DNA from: a virus
Length of the DNA: 64,000 nt
IMG/VR virus record: IMGVR_UViG_3300032401_000001
Span: 1 to 64,000 of that record
Strand: one strand, 5' to 3'
Shown here: piece after piece, positions 27,470 to 37,833 of the stretch
Position numbering within the stretch: position 1 is the stretch's first letter
Layout: every line of letters starts with the position of its first letter
The notes under the pieces: generated by a model
What the model was told of the DNA's origin: nothing
The model's input: only the letters and a program-made list of their open reading frames with translations
Databases searched by the model: none
Position numbers and translations under genes: made by a program

Positions 27470-29869
27470 CTAGGTTGCGCTGCGGAATGCGTGGAAGTTG
27501 CCGGGTGCGCTGACCTTGCCCTTGGCGGTCAACGAGAAGAGTACGTGGTCACCACGACCGTACGAAGAGATGATCACAAGTAGCGTGTCACCGTACGACA
27601 CATCGTAGGTGAAGACAGTCGGCAAATTGGCGCCAGCGCCCAGGAACGTGGTGAGATCAGTGTCGTATGGACCCCCCGAAGGGTAGTCCGTAGTCGCGCC
27701 GATTTGTACGATTGTGCGCGAACCACCGTGGTTGTGCGTGATCTTGTAGGCGCGGAAGTTGAAGGGGAAGCTCGGGATGTGGTAGCTGTCGGTACAGCGC
27801 CAACGCATCGCTAGCTCGGTCAGCTTGAATCCCTTGGGCAGCACAGCTTCGACATTCCAGACGACCAGTCCGTCGATGTTGCCCCAGGGATTCAACACTC
27901 CGTAGGTCGGACCCGTCGCCCAGTACGCGCGCCAGCCGTAATCACCGCTGGCCAGATAGTCATCGCTGTAACCCGCCAGCAGCGGGATTGGAATGACGAC
28001 TTCTTCGTCGGCATCGAGCGTGAAATTCTTGCCCGTGACACCAGGACCAGTAGCTGAGATTCCTCGCACTCCGGCACCAGTGCCGACACCTTGGCCTTCG
28101 ACGCCGACGCCGTCACTCGAGCCACCCGTCCCCTTGACGCCGATGGCACCTGCGGTTGCACCACCAGTACCGTTGACGCCCTTGCCGCTGCCTGCACCTT
28201 GACCGACGAGGCCGTTGCCGTTGCCTTGACCGCCACCGTAGACGCCACCACCGTTGGTGGGTCCACCCAGCCCATAGACTCCGAAGTCACTGCCCGCGCC
28301 GCTGCCTTCTACGCCGCGGCCACTGGTGGCGCCGCCTTGGCCGACGACCCCGCGACCGGTATCGCCGCCTTGGCCGAAGACACCGACGCCGACTCCGTCA
28401 CCCACGCCAGAGACACCACCGCCGCCCCCACCCGAAGCCGCGGTGCCTTGAACACCGACACCAGCCCCGGCGCCCTCGCCGGAAACACCCATGCCGTTGG
28501 GACCACCACCGACACCGCGTACGCCAGCGCCGCCCCCTGTGCCCGTACCGAGAACGCCGAGGCCAGAGGTAGCACCACCCGTACCGTGAACACCGTCGCC
28601 CGTGAGGCCACCCGTACCCTTGACGCCTTCGTTCGCCCCTTCACCCGTCGCGGTGACGCCCCGGTGCCCTGTCGAGGCGACGAACGCTTGCCCGCCGTTG
28701 AGGATGGCCTCGAAGATGTCGTCGATGTTGTCGAGCGCCTGTTGCACCGTTGCCGGTGGTACATGGGCGCCGGGCGCCGCGTTCAGGCGCGTCCAACCCG
28801 CGACGCTGATGAGTGAGCTGCTGCCCCCGACGAGGTGGGCGCTGTCCCACCACAGCGTGGCAGCAGTTGTCCGGGTGATGCGCGAACCATCGACGAAGAT
28901 GATGGTGTTGTCGTCGACGCACTTGCAGATCGGCACGCAGTTCGGGATCTTCTCCGGCTCACGTCGCGTGTTGAACAACGATGTGGCGGGGATCTGATAG
29001 TTGCTGTTCTCGGGGGTGCTCTGCAGCCGACCACCCTGCGTAGCCAGGTCGATGAGATCGTCGTACCAGATCGCGAGGGTGTCGCCCTTTCGCAACGGAT
29101 TGTCCACATGCGCAGCGAAGAACGTGGCGAACACCGCGGCAGTGATGACGTGGAGGAGCCCTGGGGCGCCACCGCGGAGGAAACGCACCGACCAATCGGA
29201 GCCCCACTCGGCGGTGCTGAACTTCGACGCCGGGTTCGTGTTGGTGCCACTGGCCAGTGACGCGACGACCAGCTTGTTGGCGCTGGTGTGCCCGTTGACC
29301 GCGTCGATGACTTCCTGACAGGTCGTGGTGCCGTAGTTGATGGTGACGTAGATATTGTTCGGCTGTCCGGCGGCACCTTGCACGGCGACAGAGAGCGCGC
29401 CGGTGTGCACGATCTCCACCGAGATCATGTCGGCTTCTGCAGCGATGTCGGGATCCGCACCCGGGTCCTGCCACTGCTTGTACTTCGACTCGAACTTGAT
29501 GATGTCGACCGAACCGATCAGCACCGAGGCTTTCGTCGACACGGTGTAGGGCGACGCATCGGCACCGGGCGTGGCGAACGGCCGGACCTCGAGATCCGCC
29601 GTGGTTGTGAAGACGCCGGTGTAGGTCGGCTTGGCCCCGCCGAACGTGAACGTTCCGCCGCCCACCAGCAAGACCTGCTGCAAGTCGCGCAGGACGAGGT
29701 GCTCGCGCAAGGTCTGCCGCAACAGGTCACTGCGGCTGCGGGTGTTCTCTACCGGCCGCCGAAGAACGCCTTGTCCCGCGGGTTCGCCGTCGAGGTAGGG
29801 CTGAATGGCGGTGGCTTCCGGTTCACCGGTGTCGCTGCTGTTGCGGAAGTCGATGTCGTTGTAGAGCAT
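27470..29869 (-). CDS. Tail fibre/spike-like protein with Gly-rich GVxGxG repeat region
   Basis: 799 aa; long GVxGxG repeat tract; follows the baseplate genes. Confidence 0.65.
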   Translation of the reverse strand: MLYNDIDFRNSSDTGEPEATAIQPYLDGEPAGQGVLRRPVENTRSRSDLLRQTLREHLVLRDLQQVLLVGGGTFTFGGAKPTYTGVFTTTADLEVRPFATPGADASPYTVSTKASVLIGSVDIIKFESKYKQWQDPGADPDIAAEADMISVEIVHTGALSVAVQGAAGQPNNIYVTINYGTTTCQEVIDAVNGHTSANKLVVASLASGTNTNPASKFSTAEWGSDWSVRFLRGGAPGLLHVITAAVFATFFAAHVDNPLRKGDTLAIWYDDLIDLATQGGRLQSTPENSNYQIPATSLFNTRREPEKIPNCVPICKCVDDNTIIFVDGSRITRTTAATLWWDSAHLVGGSSSLISVAGWTRLNAAPGAHVPPATVQQALDNIDDIFEAILNGGQAFVASTGHRGVTATGEGANEGVKGTGGLTGDGVHGTGGATSGLGVLGTGTGGGAGVRGVGGGPNGMGVSGEGAGAGVGVQGTAASGGGGGGVSGVGDGVGVGVFGQGGDTGRGVVGQGGATSGRGVEGSGAGSDFGVYGLGGPTNGGGVYGGGQGNGNGLVGQGAGSGKGVNGTGGATAGAIGVKGTGGSSDGVGVEGQGVGTGAGVRGISATGPGVTGKNFTLDADEEVVIPIPLLAGYSDDYLASGDYGWRAYWATGPTYGVLNPWGNIDGLVVWNVEAVLPKGFKLTELAMRWRCTDSYHIPSFPFNFRAYKITHNHGGSRTIVQIGATTDYPSGGPYDTDLTTFLGAGANLPTVFTYDVSYGDTLLVIISSYGRGDHVLFSLTAKGKVSAPGNFHAFRSAT
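28032..28660 (-). repeat. Protein-level tandem GVxGxG repeats (roughly 18-20 units, period ~11-12 aa)
   Basis: e.g. GVKGTGG, GVHGTGG, GVLGTGT, GVRGVGG, GVSGEGA, GVFGQGG, GVEGSGA, GVYGLGG. Confidence 0.85.
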
Positions 29870-29882
29870 TGTTCGCCCTTTT

Positions 29883-29897
29883 CTTTACGCGGTAAAC
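29883..29897. promoter_or_regulatory. Palindromic motif CTTTAC-GCG-GTAAAC (copy 5)
   Basis: Overlaps the stop of 29885..30421; the first half lies ~27 nt before the fibre ATG on the - strand. Confidence 0.6.
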
Positions 29898-30421
29898 TGC
29901 ATCGTCCAGCCGTACTCCAGCTGGAGCGCAGAGGTCTTCTCGTACGCCGGATGCACCTGGCGAGAGAACATCTTGAGGGTGCCACCCACGTCGGCACTCC
30001 ACAGGGTGCTCTGCGTGAAGACACCGGCCTCACGCAGGGTGTAGCCGTTGGCATCACCGCTACCGAGGGTTGCTTGTAGTGTGATCTCACCGGTGATGCC
30101 GTTGACCTTCTTGTCGTCGGTCAACTGTTTGCGTGCCGTCGAAACCTCAGCCAGCAGATCGGTGTCGTAGCGCGTTGGGACCGTGCCGCTGGTACCGAAC
30201 CGCATCGAACCCCAGGAGTACTCCGCGGGCGCCGGGTCTGCGGCCGGCGTGCGCTGCGCCAAGAGCGAGCGCACGATGTTGCTGGCGTCGTAGACGATGG
30301 TGTTCCGCTTGTGGAACGTCCAGACGACGTTGCCGGTGCGGACGTCGATGGCGTGGATGGTCAGCGTACCGATGATCTTCAAGCTTGACCGGAAGTTCAG
30401 CGAACGCGCACGAGTCCGCAT
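29885..30421 (-). CDS. Tail collar/baseplate-fibre junction protein
   Basis: NTIV...MRFGTSGT...DTDL...EAGVF...MFSRQVHPAYEK pattern typical of phage tail-collar proteins. Confidence 0.7.
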   Translation of the reverse strand: MRTRARSLNFRSSLKIIGTLTIHAIDVRTGNVVWTFHKRNTIVYDASNIVRSLLAQRTPAADPAPAEYSWGSMRFGTSGTVPTRYDTDLLAEVSTARKQLTDDKKVNGITGEITLQATLGSGDANGYTLREAGVFTQSTLWSADVGGTLKMFSRQVHPAYEKTSALQLEYGWTMQFTA

Positions 30422-30457
30422 GTCAGCGCTCCTGGATGAGGATGCTACCACAGAAGA

Positions 30458-33400
30458 TCATGGGGCTGGAACTACTGCGATCTGTAGGGGTTGCTCGGTC
30501 AACACTGGCGTCTTCACGTCACCGTAGAGCTCAGCTCCAAGGTTACCGAACCAGAGCTCTTGACCCCCGATCATGTAGGGGGTGTCACCGTTGGCCGGAT
30601 CGGCACTGGCCGCCGGTGTGATGGTCCAGTAGCTGTAGTCGATGGTGTAGACGCCAATGGGCCAGACCGTGATCGGAGTGACCACTCCGGTGAGATAGTT
30701 CACAGTGTAATCGGTGTCTTCCAGGATCGGCGCCCCGGGGCAGACGACGCGTTGCAGCGTCAGGTGGTCATGCACGAGCGCTACGGGCGCTGGAACAGTG
30801 GCGCCGTCTGCGGTCAACAGGGCCTGGCTCAGCAGTGCCGTTTCGTGGCGGAAACTGTCACCGATGTTCCACTGGCCTCCGATGAGCAGCGGGCGCTCTG
30901 GACCTACGGGCGCTGGTTCTAGCAATGCGAGGTCACCAGCAAGGACTAATGCCTGTTCGCTCATCTGCATGACATCGACAAAGTGGCTAGCCGGTTCGAC
31001 GTAGACCAGCGTGTAGCCGGGCTTGGCGATCAACACCAGGTCACGCAAGTCGTTGATGAAGTCCGCCGGGAAGAGCACCGAGAGCGCAGCGTCGAAGTAC
31101 ACGTAGAAGAGGTTTCGCTTGATGTACTTGTCGACGACCACGTTGACCATCTTGCGCCGCAGCGCCGGTGCCGCGACGTACACACCGACGCCACCAAGCG
31201 AAGGCGCGAATGGGAACGCCAGTGCCGTGCCCGAAGACCACCCTCCCGCTACGGCCCAGGGCGGTACTACACCATCATCATCGGCACCGATGAAGAACCC
31301 GGGATCACCGATGTGTGGGTCGTCGATCTGTCCGATGGTGTTCTCGTAGAGCACTGGCACGGTGGTGCGGCGCGCTGTGGATTCGCCCGGCATCAGTGCC
31401 TGTGGGACGATGATGCTGTCCCACCACAAGGCGTCCTCCGTCCAATCGACAACCTGGAACAGCTCGGTGAAAGCCTCGAAGGACAAGAAGGAGATCGCGG
31501 AGCTGGTGCCGGGCACGTAGGCACTGATGTCGCTACGGATGGGCGTTCCCGCAGGGAACAGGTAGTGCGCCAGGTTGCCGTCGGGACGGTGCGTGGTGAT
31601 GCGTGCATGCGCGGGATCATCGAGAATCGTTCCCGCGGCCTCGTAGGACACCAGCGTTTCGTCGTCGTCACGCGCTACCGGCAACGCGCAGATGACGTTG
31701 AGCGCCGATTCGACGCGCTCGAGCGTCGGTCCCAGCAAGTAGAGCTGGAAAACGCCGCGGATGAACTGCCGGTAAGCTTCGCTCGAAGCTTGGAATCGGC
31801 CGATGAGATAGCCGAAATTGTCGTAGAGACGGAACAGATCTATCTGCGCGTCGGGGACCCAGAAAGCGATCTCAGCGACGTCAGCTTCGGTTTCGTCGGG
31901 GTACAACGCCGCCGTGGCTGATGTAGTTTCAGCGACGACTTCCTGCAGCCAACCGTAGCTCGCCAGGTTGAGCGCACGACCGTTGGCGCGCCGCACATGC
32001 AGAGTGCCACTGCCGGCGTCAAGCAGATCGATGGCAGTACCACCGACGGTTTCAGCAACGCGGAACATGTTGAGCGCCGCATCGCGCACGTATTTCGTTC
32101 CTGCGGTGAGCCCCTGCGGCAGGACACGCGGCGTCCAGAAGACGACATCGTTGGTGTCACTGAAGCCGTGCCCCGCGGCCGTCAGGAGATCAGTGGTGGG
32201 GTCCGCTGTGCAGATCTTGTCTGTGGCATCGAGACCCCAGAGACCCGCGAGACGCCCCAGCTGCAGCAAGACTCCTGCTTCGTAGTCGACGGTGTAGTCT
32301 TCACCAAGACGCGGTTCGTGAACTCCGCCCGTGTCGGCATCGCCGACGCTGCCGGCCAACCGTACACTGCTACGCACCACCCGGGTGTGCACCAGTGCGG
32401 TCTGATAGCCGTCGTGAACCCGCCAGGAGAGCGTGCCGTTGTTGGCGTCGGGGTACCCGAACAGTTGATCCAGTACCAAGTGCCTATTCGAACCACCCAC
32501 CTTGCGGATGCGATACGTGCCGCTGTTCGTGACAACGTTGACTTGCACGGTTACGCCCGTTTCGGGCGTGAAGGGACTGTCATCGAGTACGACGCTGTTG
32601 CCGTCGGCGGCGATGGATTGAATGAAGTAGGTGCCCATCTGGGTCCCGGTGGTGATGGTCACTTGACCACCAGCTGATGCGCGTGCAAACGGTTGCTGCA
32701 TCCCGGCCGTGCGCGTCAGCGTATTGCCATACCCCAGATCCGCAGTACAGGTGATCGTGGCCCCGCCGGAGATCGTCACGAAGCGTTGTCGGTCACTGCT
32801 GGGATCGAACGCGGCGCCGGCATCGAAGAGACATGGACCCAACAGTACGTCGTTGATCAGCTGACCGGTGGCTCCGATCTTGGGCGTACCGGTTTCGGTG
32901 AAGAGGACCGGTTCTTCAACGACGTCGGCTTCGGCCGGCTGCCGCAAGATGACGTAGTCCCGCACCAACCGGGGCGTGATGCCGTCCTGGGTACCGTATA
33001 CGGTGAGCGTGCCGGTGCCGGCGCTGGTGATGTCGAGTGCGACGCCACCTGCATTGGCCGCCAACTTGAAATCGCTGCCGGTCAGTTCGCGCACGTAGTA
33101 GTAGCGACCGGCGATCAACCCACCCGGCATCGTTCCCGTCGTGGTCAACAACACGCGTGTGTCGACAGAGAAACCGTGCGTGGCGAGTGTAACGCGATCG
33201 GTGAGAGGGTCTGCGGTGGCTGTTCGGCCGGCGTCGCTCAGCTGCGGCCCGGTGCCACTGGAAAGCGGGGTCTGCGCAGACAGGTAGCAGCGTTCGTGTC
33301 GTACCAGGGCGATGTTGTAGTCGACAGGCGTCGTGGGCACCGCACTCTGGTCGAGCACCCGCAGAATGTCGCCTTTGCGTATACCCAGGCCGATGGGCCA

Positions 33401-34201
33401 ATCTGCGATCCAAGAACCCTGCTCTGAATCGCGCAATCGGCGGGCGGCATCATCGAAGCTGCCACCCATCGCGACCGTCAGAACGCGCTTGGCGAAGCCC
33501 GGCACAGTGGTGAATTCCGAGTCGAGCAGCGTCGCCTGCAGAAACCCGGTGTTGGGGTCTGGCAACGTGATGTTGCCGGCCAACAGCACGGCTTGCGCGT
33601 CGATGACTTCAGCAACCCGGTACGTCTGGTTGTTGCCAACGGCACTGTTGAGGAGGCGTACCCAGTGACCGGGCTTGGCGTCGGTGAACGGGGTACCTTC
33701 GGTCACGTAGCAGCGTGTCAGCGCACCCGTGCCGTAGGTCAACAACGAAGCTGCGGTGCTAGTCCCAAGTACGCGGCTGACGCTGCCAGTGGGATCCACG
33801 GCTAGCTGCAGCTCGTAGTTCCCAGCGTCAAGATCGTAGTCAGTACTGGGCACCAACGCGGCCGTGGGCTCAAAGACCTTGTTCTGCAGCACCGCAATTG
33901 CCGTGATGGCTTCTGGCAGTACGTAGACGTAGCGAGAAGCACCGGGATTGGTGGCTTCTCGAAACGTCACACGGTCTTCGCGAATGGTCAGGAGCTTGAA
34001 CAGCTCCTTGCGAAAGAGGGGTACGTCTTGTACCGAGATGCCGAGGAACGATTGCAGGATGTCGAAGTACGCCTGTGCCAGCTGAATCTCAGAGGCGTTG
34101 AACAACCCTTCCAGCGTCGGCGTATCAGCGAAGAAACGGGTCCAGAAGTCGCTGAGTCCGCGCAGCAGCGAGGTCGAACGATCGTCGAGCGACGTGGGCA
34201 T
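30458..34201 (-). CDS. Large baseplate wedge/tail protein
   Basis: 1247 aa downstream of the baseplate J-like gene; contains a duplicated ~70 aa module. Confidence 0.65.
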   Translation of the reverse strand: MPTSLDDRSTSLLRGLSDFWTRFFADTPTLEGLFNASEIQLAQAYFDILQSFLGISVQDVPLFRKELFKLLTIREDRVTFREATNPGASRYVYVLPEAITAIAVLQNKVFEPTAALVPSTDYDLDAGNYELQLAVDPTGSVSRVLGTSTAASLLTYGTGALTRCYVTEGTPFTDAKPGHWVRLLNSAVGNNQTYRVAEVIDAQAVLLAGNITLPDPNTGFLQATLLDSEFTTVPGFAKRVLTVAMGGSFDDAARRLRDSEQGSWIADWPIGLGIRKGDILRVLDQSAVPTTPVDYNIALVRHERCYLSAQTPLSSGTGPQLSDAGRTATADPLTDRVTLATHGFSVDTRVLLTTTGTMPGGLIAGRYYYVRELTGSDFKLAANAGGVALDITSAGTGTLTVYGTQDGITPRLVRDYVILRQPAEADVVEEPVLFTETGTPKIGATGQLINDVLLGPCLFDAGAAFDPSSDRQRFVTISGGATITCTADLGYGNTLTRTAGMQQPFARASAGGQVTITTGTQMGTYFIQSIAADGNSVVLDDSPFTPETGVTVQVNVVTNSGTYRIRKVGGSNRHLVLDQLFGYPDANNGTLSWRVHDGYQTALVHTRVVRSSVRLAGSVGDADTGGVHEPRLGEDYTVDYEAGVLLQLGRLAGLWGLDATDKICTADPTTDLLTAAGHGFSDTNDVVFWTPRVLPQGLTAGTKYVRDAALNMFRVAETVGGTAIDLLDAGSGTLHVRRANGRALNLASYGWLQEVVAETTSATAALYPDETEADVAEIAFWVPDAQIDLFRLYDNFGYLIGRFQASSEAYRQFIRGVFQLYLLGPTLERVESALNVICALPVARDDDETLVSYEAAGTILDDPAHARITTHRPDGNLAHYLFPAGTPIRSDISAYVPGTSSAISFLSFEAFTELFQVVDWTEDALWWDSIIVPQALMPGESTARRTTVPVLYENTIGQIDDPHIGDPGFFIGADDDGVVPPWAVAGGWSSGTALAFPFAPSLGGVGVYVAAPALRRKMVNVVVDKYIKRNLFYVYFDAALSVLFPADFINDLRDLVLIAKPGYTLVYVEPASHFVDVMQMSEQALVLAGDLALLEPAPVGPERPLLIGGQWNIGDSFRHETALLSQALLTADGATVPAPVALVHDHLTLQRVVCPGAPILEDTDYTVNYLTGVVTPITVWPIGVYTIDYSYWTITPAASADPANGDTPYMIGGQELWFGNLGAELYGDVKTPVLTEQPLQIAVVPAP

Positions 34202-36234
34202 CAGGTGCGCTCCTGCACAACGATGTCATCCTCGACAGCGCAGTAGCAGGCCACGGTGTCACTGAGTCCATACTCGAGTGGATTCAACAACCCCTCGATC
34301 AGGTCGTCCGGGGCAGCTTGCAGTGCCCGCAGCTTGGTGACGTCGCTGGGAAGCTCGACCTTCTCTGCCGTCGTGAACACGATCACGCGACCGTCGGGAA
34401 CGTAGACTTCGTAGTCGATGGTGAAGGGGTAGACCTGTCCGATGACGGTGGGATACAGCGCGCGCAGTTGCGTCGAGATGACCGAGACGTCGATGACTTC
34501 GGTGGGCGGGAATCGATTGATGAACTCCGTCAGTGCGCGACTGGCCTCGACGACATCGACGGTGACGTTCGGATCTGCGTTCCGGAGACGGGAGAACTCG
34601 ACGATGAACTTCAAGTACAGCGGGTGGTAGCCCTTCACCAACGGCGACGCCGCGGCGATCTTCTCCCGTCGATTCACCACGCGGTAGTCGAGCGTGTCGA
34701 AGATGGCGAGCGTGTCGTAGGTGACCTTGATGCTCTTGCCATCGTACTTGCCGAGGTCTTCGACTGGCCCCGCCAGGATTTCCATGAAGCTCCGGGCCGA
34801 CTGGTGATTGGCGGGCTCGTGAACGATCAGCTTGTACTGATTGTCCGGCGCCACTTGTTCCGTCGGGGTATCGTTGAGACGCACGTTCAGGTGCACTAGA
34901 CCATCGGTGGGGTCTGCATCGGGGTCAGTCGAATCCAGGACGGCGACATCCTTGATGCGGTAGACTGGCCCGCCCGGCAGCGTGACCCGCCCCGAGGCCT
35001 GCCAACGCCGGGACGTCTCGCCAGTCAATTGTTGGCCGACGACATCCTGGTAGTCGGGCATCATCTGTCCCACTGACCAGGTCACGTAGTTCAGTTGCTC
35101 ATCGGTGGGCACCGGGAACGGGGTCCGTTCACTGATGAGCATCTGTGCGTTTTGCACTTCGCGGATGATGAAGTCGCGAGCACTGATGGGCAGCCCAGCC
35201 CAGACCCGCAGCACCATGCCCGCGGTCATGGTTTTGCCAGTCACCGGGTCAGGGTCGGTGAACTTGTGCCCCGTCGGGTCGTTGACGGGGTCGTAGGGCG
35301 CGTAGGTGAGGTCGCGGAAGATGTTGGCGACGTTGTCGGGACGCTGAAACTTGCCACCGACGGTGCCGGTGAAGGACGTCTCCATCAAGCTGGTGGCAAC
35401 GAAGATGTCCTGGCAACCACCGGTGTGGACATCGATGCCGTTCGTGGCCTCGCGTTCACGGTCACGGATCATCTCGACGTCGCCCATGCCGATGAGCGAC
35501 AACGCGGTGATCTCGACGTACTCGTCCTTGAGGACGACGTCACAGGACCGCGCGTTGATCAGGTTGCGCGTTGCGATGACCGTGCCACTACGGTCGATGA
35601 GATCCGCCGTAGTCTCGATGTCCTTGCCCCCGGTGGCGCGGGTGAGCGTCTCGATTTGCGTGACGTAGGGGCTGAAGTTGTCGAAAGACGAGAAGCGGCC
35701 CGGTTCGATGTTGAACCCGGTGCCGGTGGTCTGTGCGACGAGTGGCACTTTGAACTGGTAACCGATGACGATGCCGCTGGAATCGAAGAGTGCCGTCAGC
35801 TGCTCGGCGGGGATGTTCAAGTCCCCGCCCCCATTGTCGAGGAGAAACGGCAGGTCTGAGCTCTTGTAGAACCGGGTGGTCCGCTTGATGGTGAGATCAG
35901 CGCGCTGGGTGGCAAGGCCGTAGCTCATGATGCGCGCATAGCCACCGCCCCGGCGCCCGATGAACCAGTTCGCGGCCCACGCATCGACGGCGTCGTCGGT
36001 AGCCGTCGGGTCGTCGCTAGTGTCGACCTCGAGGATCGTCTTGATGCTCTGGCGAATGTCGATCTGCCGCCCCGTCTCGCGCATCAACGCTACGGTGCCG
36101 GCCACCGCCTTCACCGCCAGATCGCGCAATGCCGCGCCATCGGAGTAGTCGCCTTCGGGAACGGCGTCGTCCAAGTACTCCTTGATGAACGTTTCCGCGT
36201 CCCGTACATCCTGTGCATTCACCGTCGTCGACAT
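34201..36234 (-). CDS. Baseplate J-like wedge protein
   Basis: DYSDGAALRDLAV, AANWFIGRRGG, GTGFNI, TGGKDIETTADLIDR pattern; position in the baseplate cluster. Confidence 0.75.
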   Translation of the reverse strand: MSTTVNAQDVRDAETFIKEYLDDAVPEGDYSDGAALRDLAVKAVAGTVALMRETGRQIDIRQSIKTILEVDTSDDPTATDDAVDAWAANWFIGRRGGGYARIMSYGLATQRADLTIKRTTRFYKSSDLPFLLDNGGGDLNIPAEQLTALFDSSGIVIGYQFKVPLVAQTTGTGFNIEPGRFSSFDNFSPYVTQIETLTRATGGKDIETTADLIDRSGTVIATRNLINARSCDVVLKDEYVEITALSLIGMGDVEMIRDREREATNGIDVHTGGCQDIFVATSLMETSFTGTVGGKFQRPDNVANIFRDLTYAPYDPVNDPTGHKFTDPDPVTGKTMTAGMVLRVWAGLPISARDFIIREVQNAQMLISERTPFPVPTDEQLNYVTWSVGQMMPDYQDVVGQQLTGETSRRWQASGRVTLPGGPVYRIKDVAVLDSTDPDADPTDGLVHLNVRLNDTPTEQVAPDNQYKLIVHEPANHQSARSFMEILAGPVEDLGKYDGKSIKVTYDTLAIFDTLDYRVVNRREKIAAASPLVKGYHPLYLKFIVEFSRLRNADPNVTVDVVEASRALTEFINRFPPTEVIDVSVISTQLRALYPTVIGQVYPFTIDYEVYVPDGRVIVFTTAEKVELPSDVTKLRALQAAPDDLIEGLLNPLEYGLSDTVACYCAVEDDIVVQERT

Positions 36235-36243
36235 GGAAGTCCT

Positions 36244-36696
36244 CTAGGCGGCGTCGGCCAGGTCCGGCAACCGGATCACCATCTCTTGGCCGGCGGCGTT
36301 GCTGATGCGCACCCACGCATCAAAGCCGTCAGCACCATTCGCTTCGAACCGCTCCAGCGTTGCCGTGAGCAGTTGCTCATCGAGATCTGGCGGCGCCAGT
36401 TGTTGAACGGCGAAGATCTGTTCGTTGCAGTCCTGAATCGAGAGCATGACGATGTCGCGTACGTCGGTCATCGAAGTGACGTTGGCCCCGATGAGGCTAG
36501 GAAAATTGGTGCCGTCATCGAGACGCAGTGGGTCGCTGCCCTTCGTCGTGAGGAAGCGCTTCAGCCACTGGATCACCAGCTTGTAGGGACCGCGCACCGC
36601 GATCGTGCGGCTGAAGCCGAAGACCAATGACGAGAAGCCCGTCATGTGTTCTTCGACCTTCCCCTGTAGATAGATGTCGTAGGTCGCCATTGTCAC
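36244..36696 (-). CDS. Baseplate wedge protein (gp25-like/sheath initiator)
   Basis: GPYKLVIQWLKRFLTTKGSDP...GT pattern; directly upstream of the J-like gene. Confidence 0.65.
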   Translation of the reverse strand: MTMATYDIYLQGKVEEHMTGFSSLVFGFSRTIAVRGPYKLVIQWLKRFLTTKGSDPLRLDDGTNFPSLIGANVTSMTDVRDIVMLSIQDCNEQIFAVQQLAPPDLDEQLLTATLERFEANGADGFDAWVRISNAAGQEMVIRLPDLADAA

Positions 36697-37832
36697 GGCT
36701 CCCAGAGACCAGTCTTCTCGTTGAAGACCATGATAGTCCCCCCGGGGGCGAGGAGACCAGTGAGTTCCGCGGCGTTGGCTAACCGAATGGTGTTGGCGTT
36801 CTGTTGCATCTGCTGATTCTTGACGTCGACACCGGCTTGTGCGGCGCCCTTGAACTTGTCCTGCCGCGTCTCTTGAACTGCGTTACCGGCCCGTGACCAA
36901 CCCGCACCGTGAGCCTTGAAAGCTTCGAGGATCGCGCCTTGGCCACTGTTGTTCACCTGTGCGATGGCCTGCGCGATCATCGCTTGGGTTTCAGAGACGA
37001 GTACTTTGCCCGCCAACACGGCGTCACGACGACGTTCCCAGACACAAGCATCGAGGCCACGTACTGCTAATGACCAGACACCTTGCTCATTGGTTCGGAT
37101 CTGCTTCTTGGTGGTAGTCTTGCCTTCGGCGTTTACGTACGGGGCCACTGTTACGTAGGCCGCCATGCGTGCGACGCCTGGCGCCATGAGGTTGGGCAAG
37201 GTCATCTTGCCCTGGAATTTCTTCAAGCAGCGAATGATCGTCCCTGCGAGACCGTTCTTCTGAGATTCGCCGCGATCATCTCCAGTCTCAATGAACCGTT
37301 GTACGTTCTTCATCGTGCCCGGCCCCATCGCATGGGCGCCGTATTGCAGCCACGTGTAGAGGACCAAGTCCTTCAACACGTTCTTGTCGGCCATCACCAG
37401 GTACTTATGGACGTCGCGGAACTCCGACATGACGACCGGAGTCGCTTGTACCGGGTCAAGGGCTTGGCTCTTGTTCAACCCGTGCCACTTGCCACCCTTG
37501 TCCCACTTGGCCTTCATCTGCCACATGCCGATGTCGTACTCATCTCCCGCAGGTCCGGTGCGGCGGGTGGCTTGGCGGTCCGCTTGGAAACCTGACTCAC
37601 GACGACAAATCGCCATGCAACAGCCGAACGGAACATAGTCGCGGTACTGATCGATGAGCTTGGCCGCGTACTGTGCACGCTTCCACAACGACGAATCGCT
37701 AGTCGTCAGCGCGATGTTGCGGTAAACGACTTGGTTCTGCAGAAAGGAATTCTGGTATTCCTTCGCATATTGCTGCACGGCCGTCGTCGCTGACGGTGGG
37801 GAGTTCGTGATGGGTACCGGCGGTGCCGACAT
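36693..37832 (-). CDS. Virion-associated lytic transglycosylase (SLT/lysozyme-like)
   Basis: AICRRESGF (catalytic Glu) and YDIGMWQM; lies in the baseplate cluster. Confidence 0.7.
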   Translation of the reverse strand: MSAPPVPITNSPPSATTAVQQYAKEYQNSFLQNQVVYRNIALTTSDSSLWKRAQYAAKLIDQYRDYVPFGCCMAICRRESGFQADRQATRRTGPAGDEYDIGMWQMKAKWDKGGKWHGLNKSQALDPVQATPVVMSEFRDVHKYLVMADKNVLKDLVLYTWLQYGAHAMGPGTMKNVQRFIETGDDRGESQKNGLAGTIIRCLKKFQGKMTLPNLMAPGVARMAAYVTVAPYVNAEGKTTTKKQIRTNEQGVWSLAVRGLDACVWERRRDAVLAGKVLVSETQAMIAQAIAQVNNSGQGAILEAFKAHGAGWSRAGNAVQETRQDKFKGAAQAGVDVKNQQMQQNANTIRLANAAELTGLLAPGGTIMVFNEKTGLWEP

Positions 37833-37833
37833 C

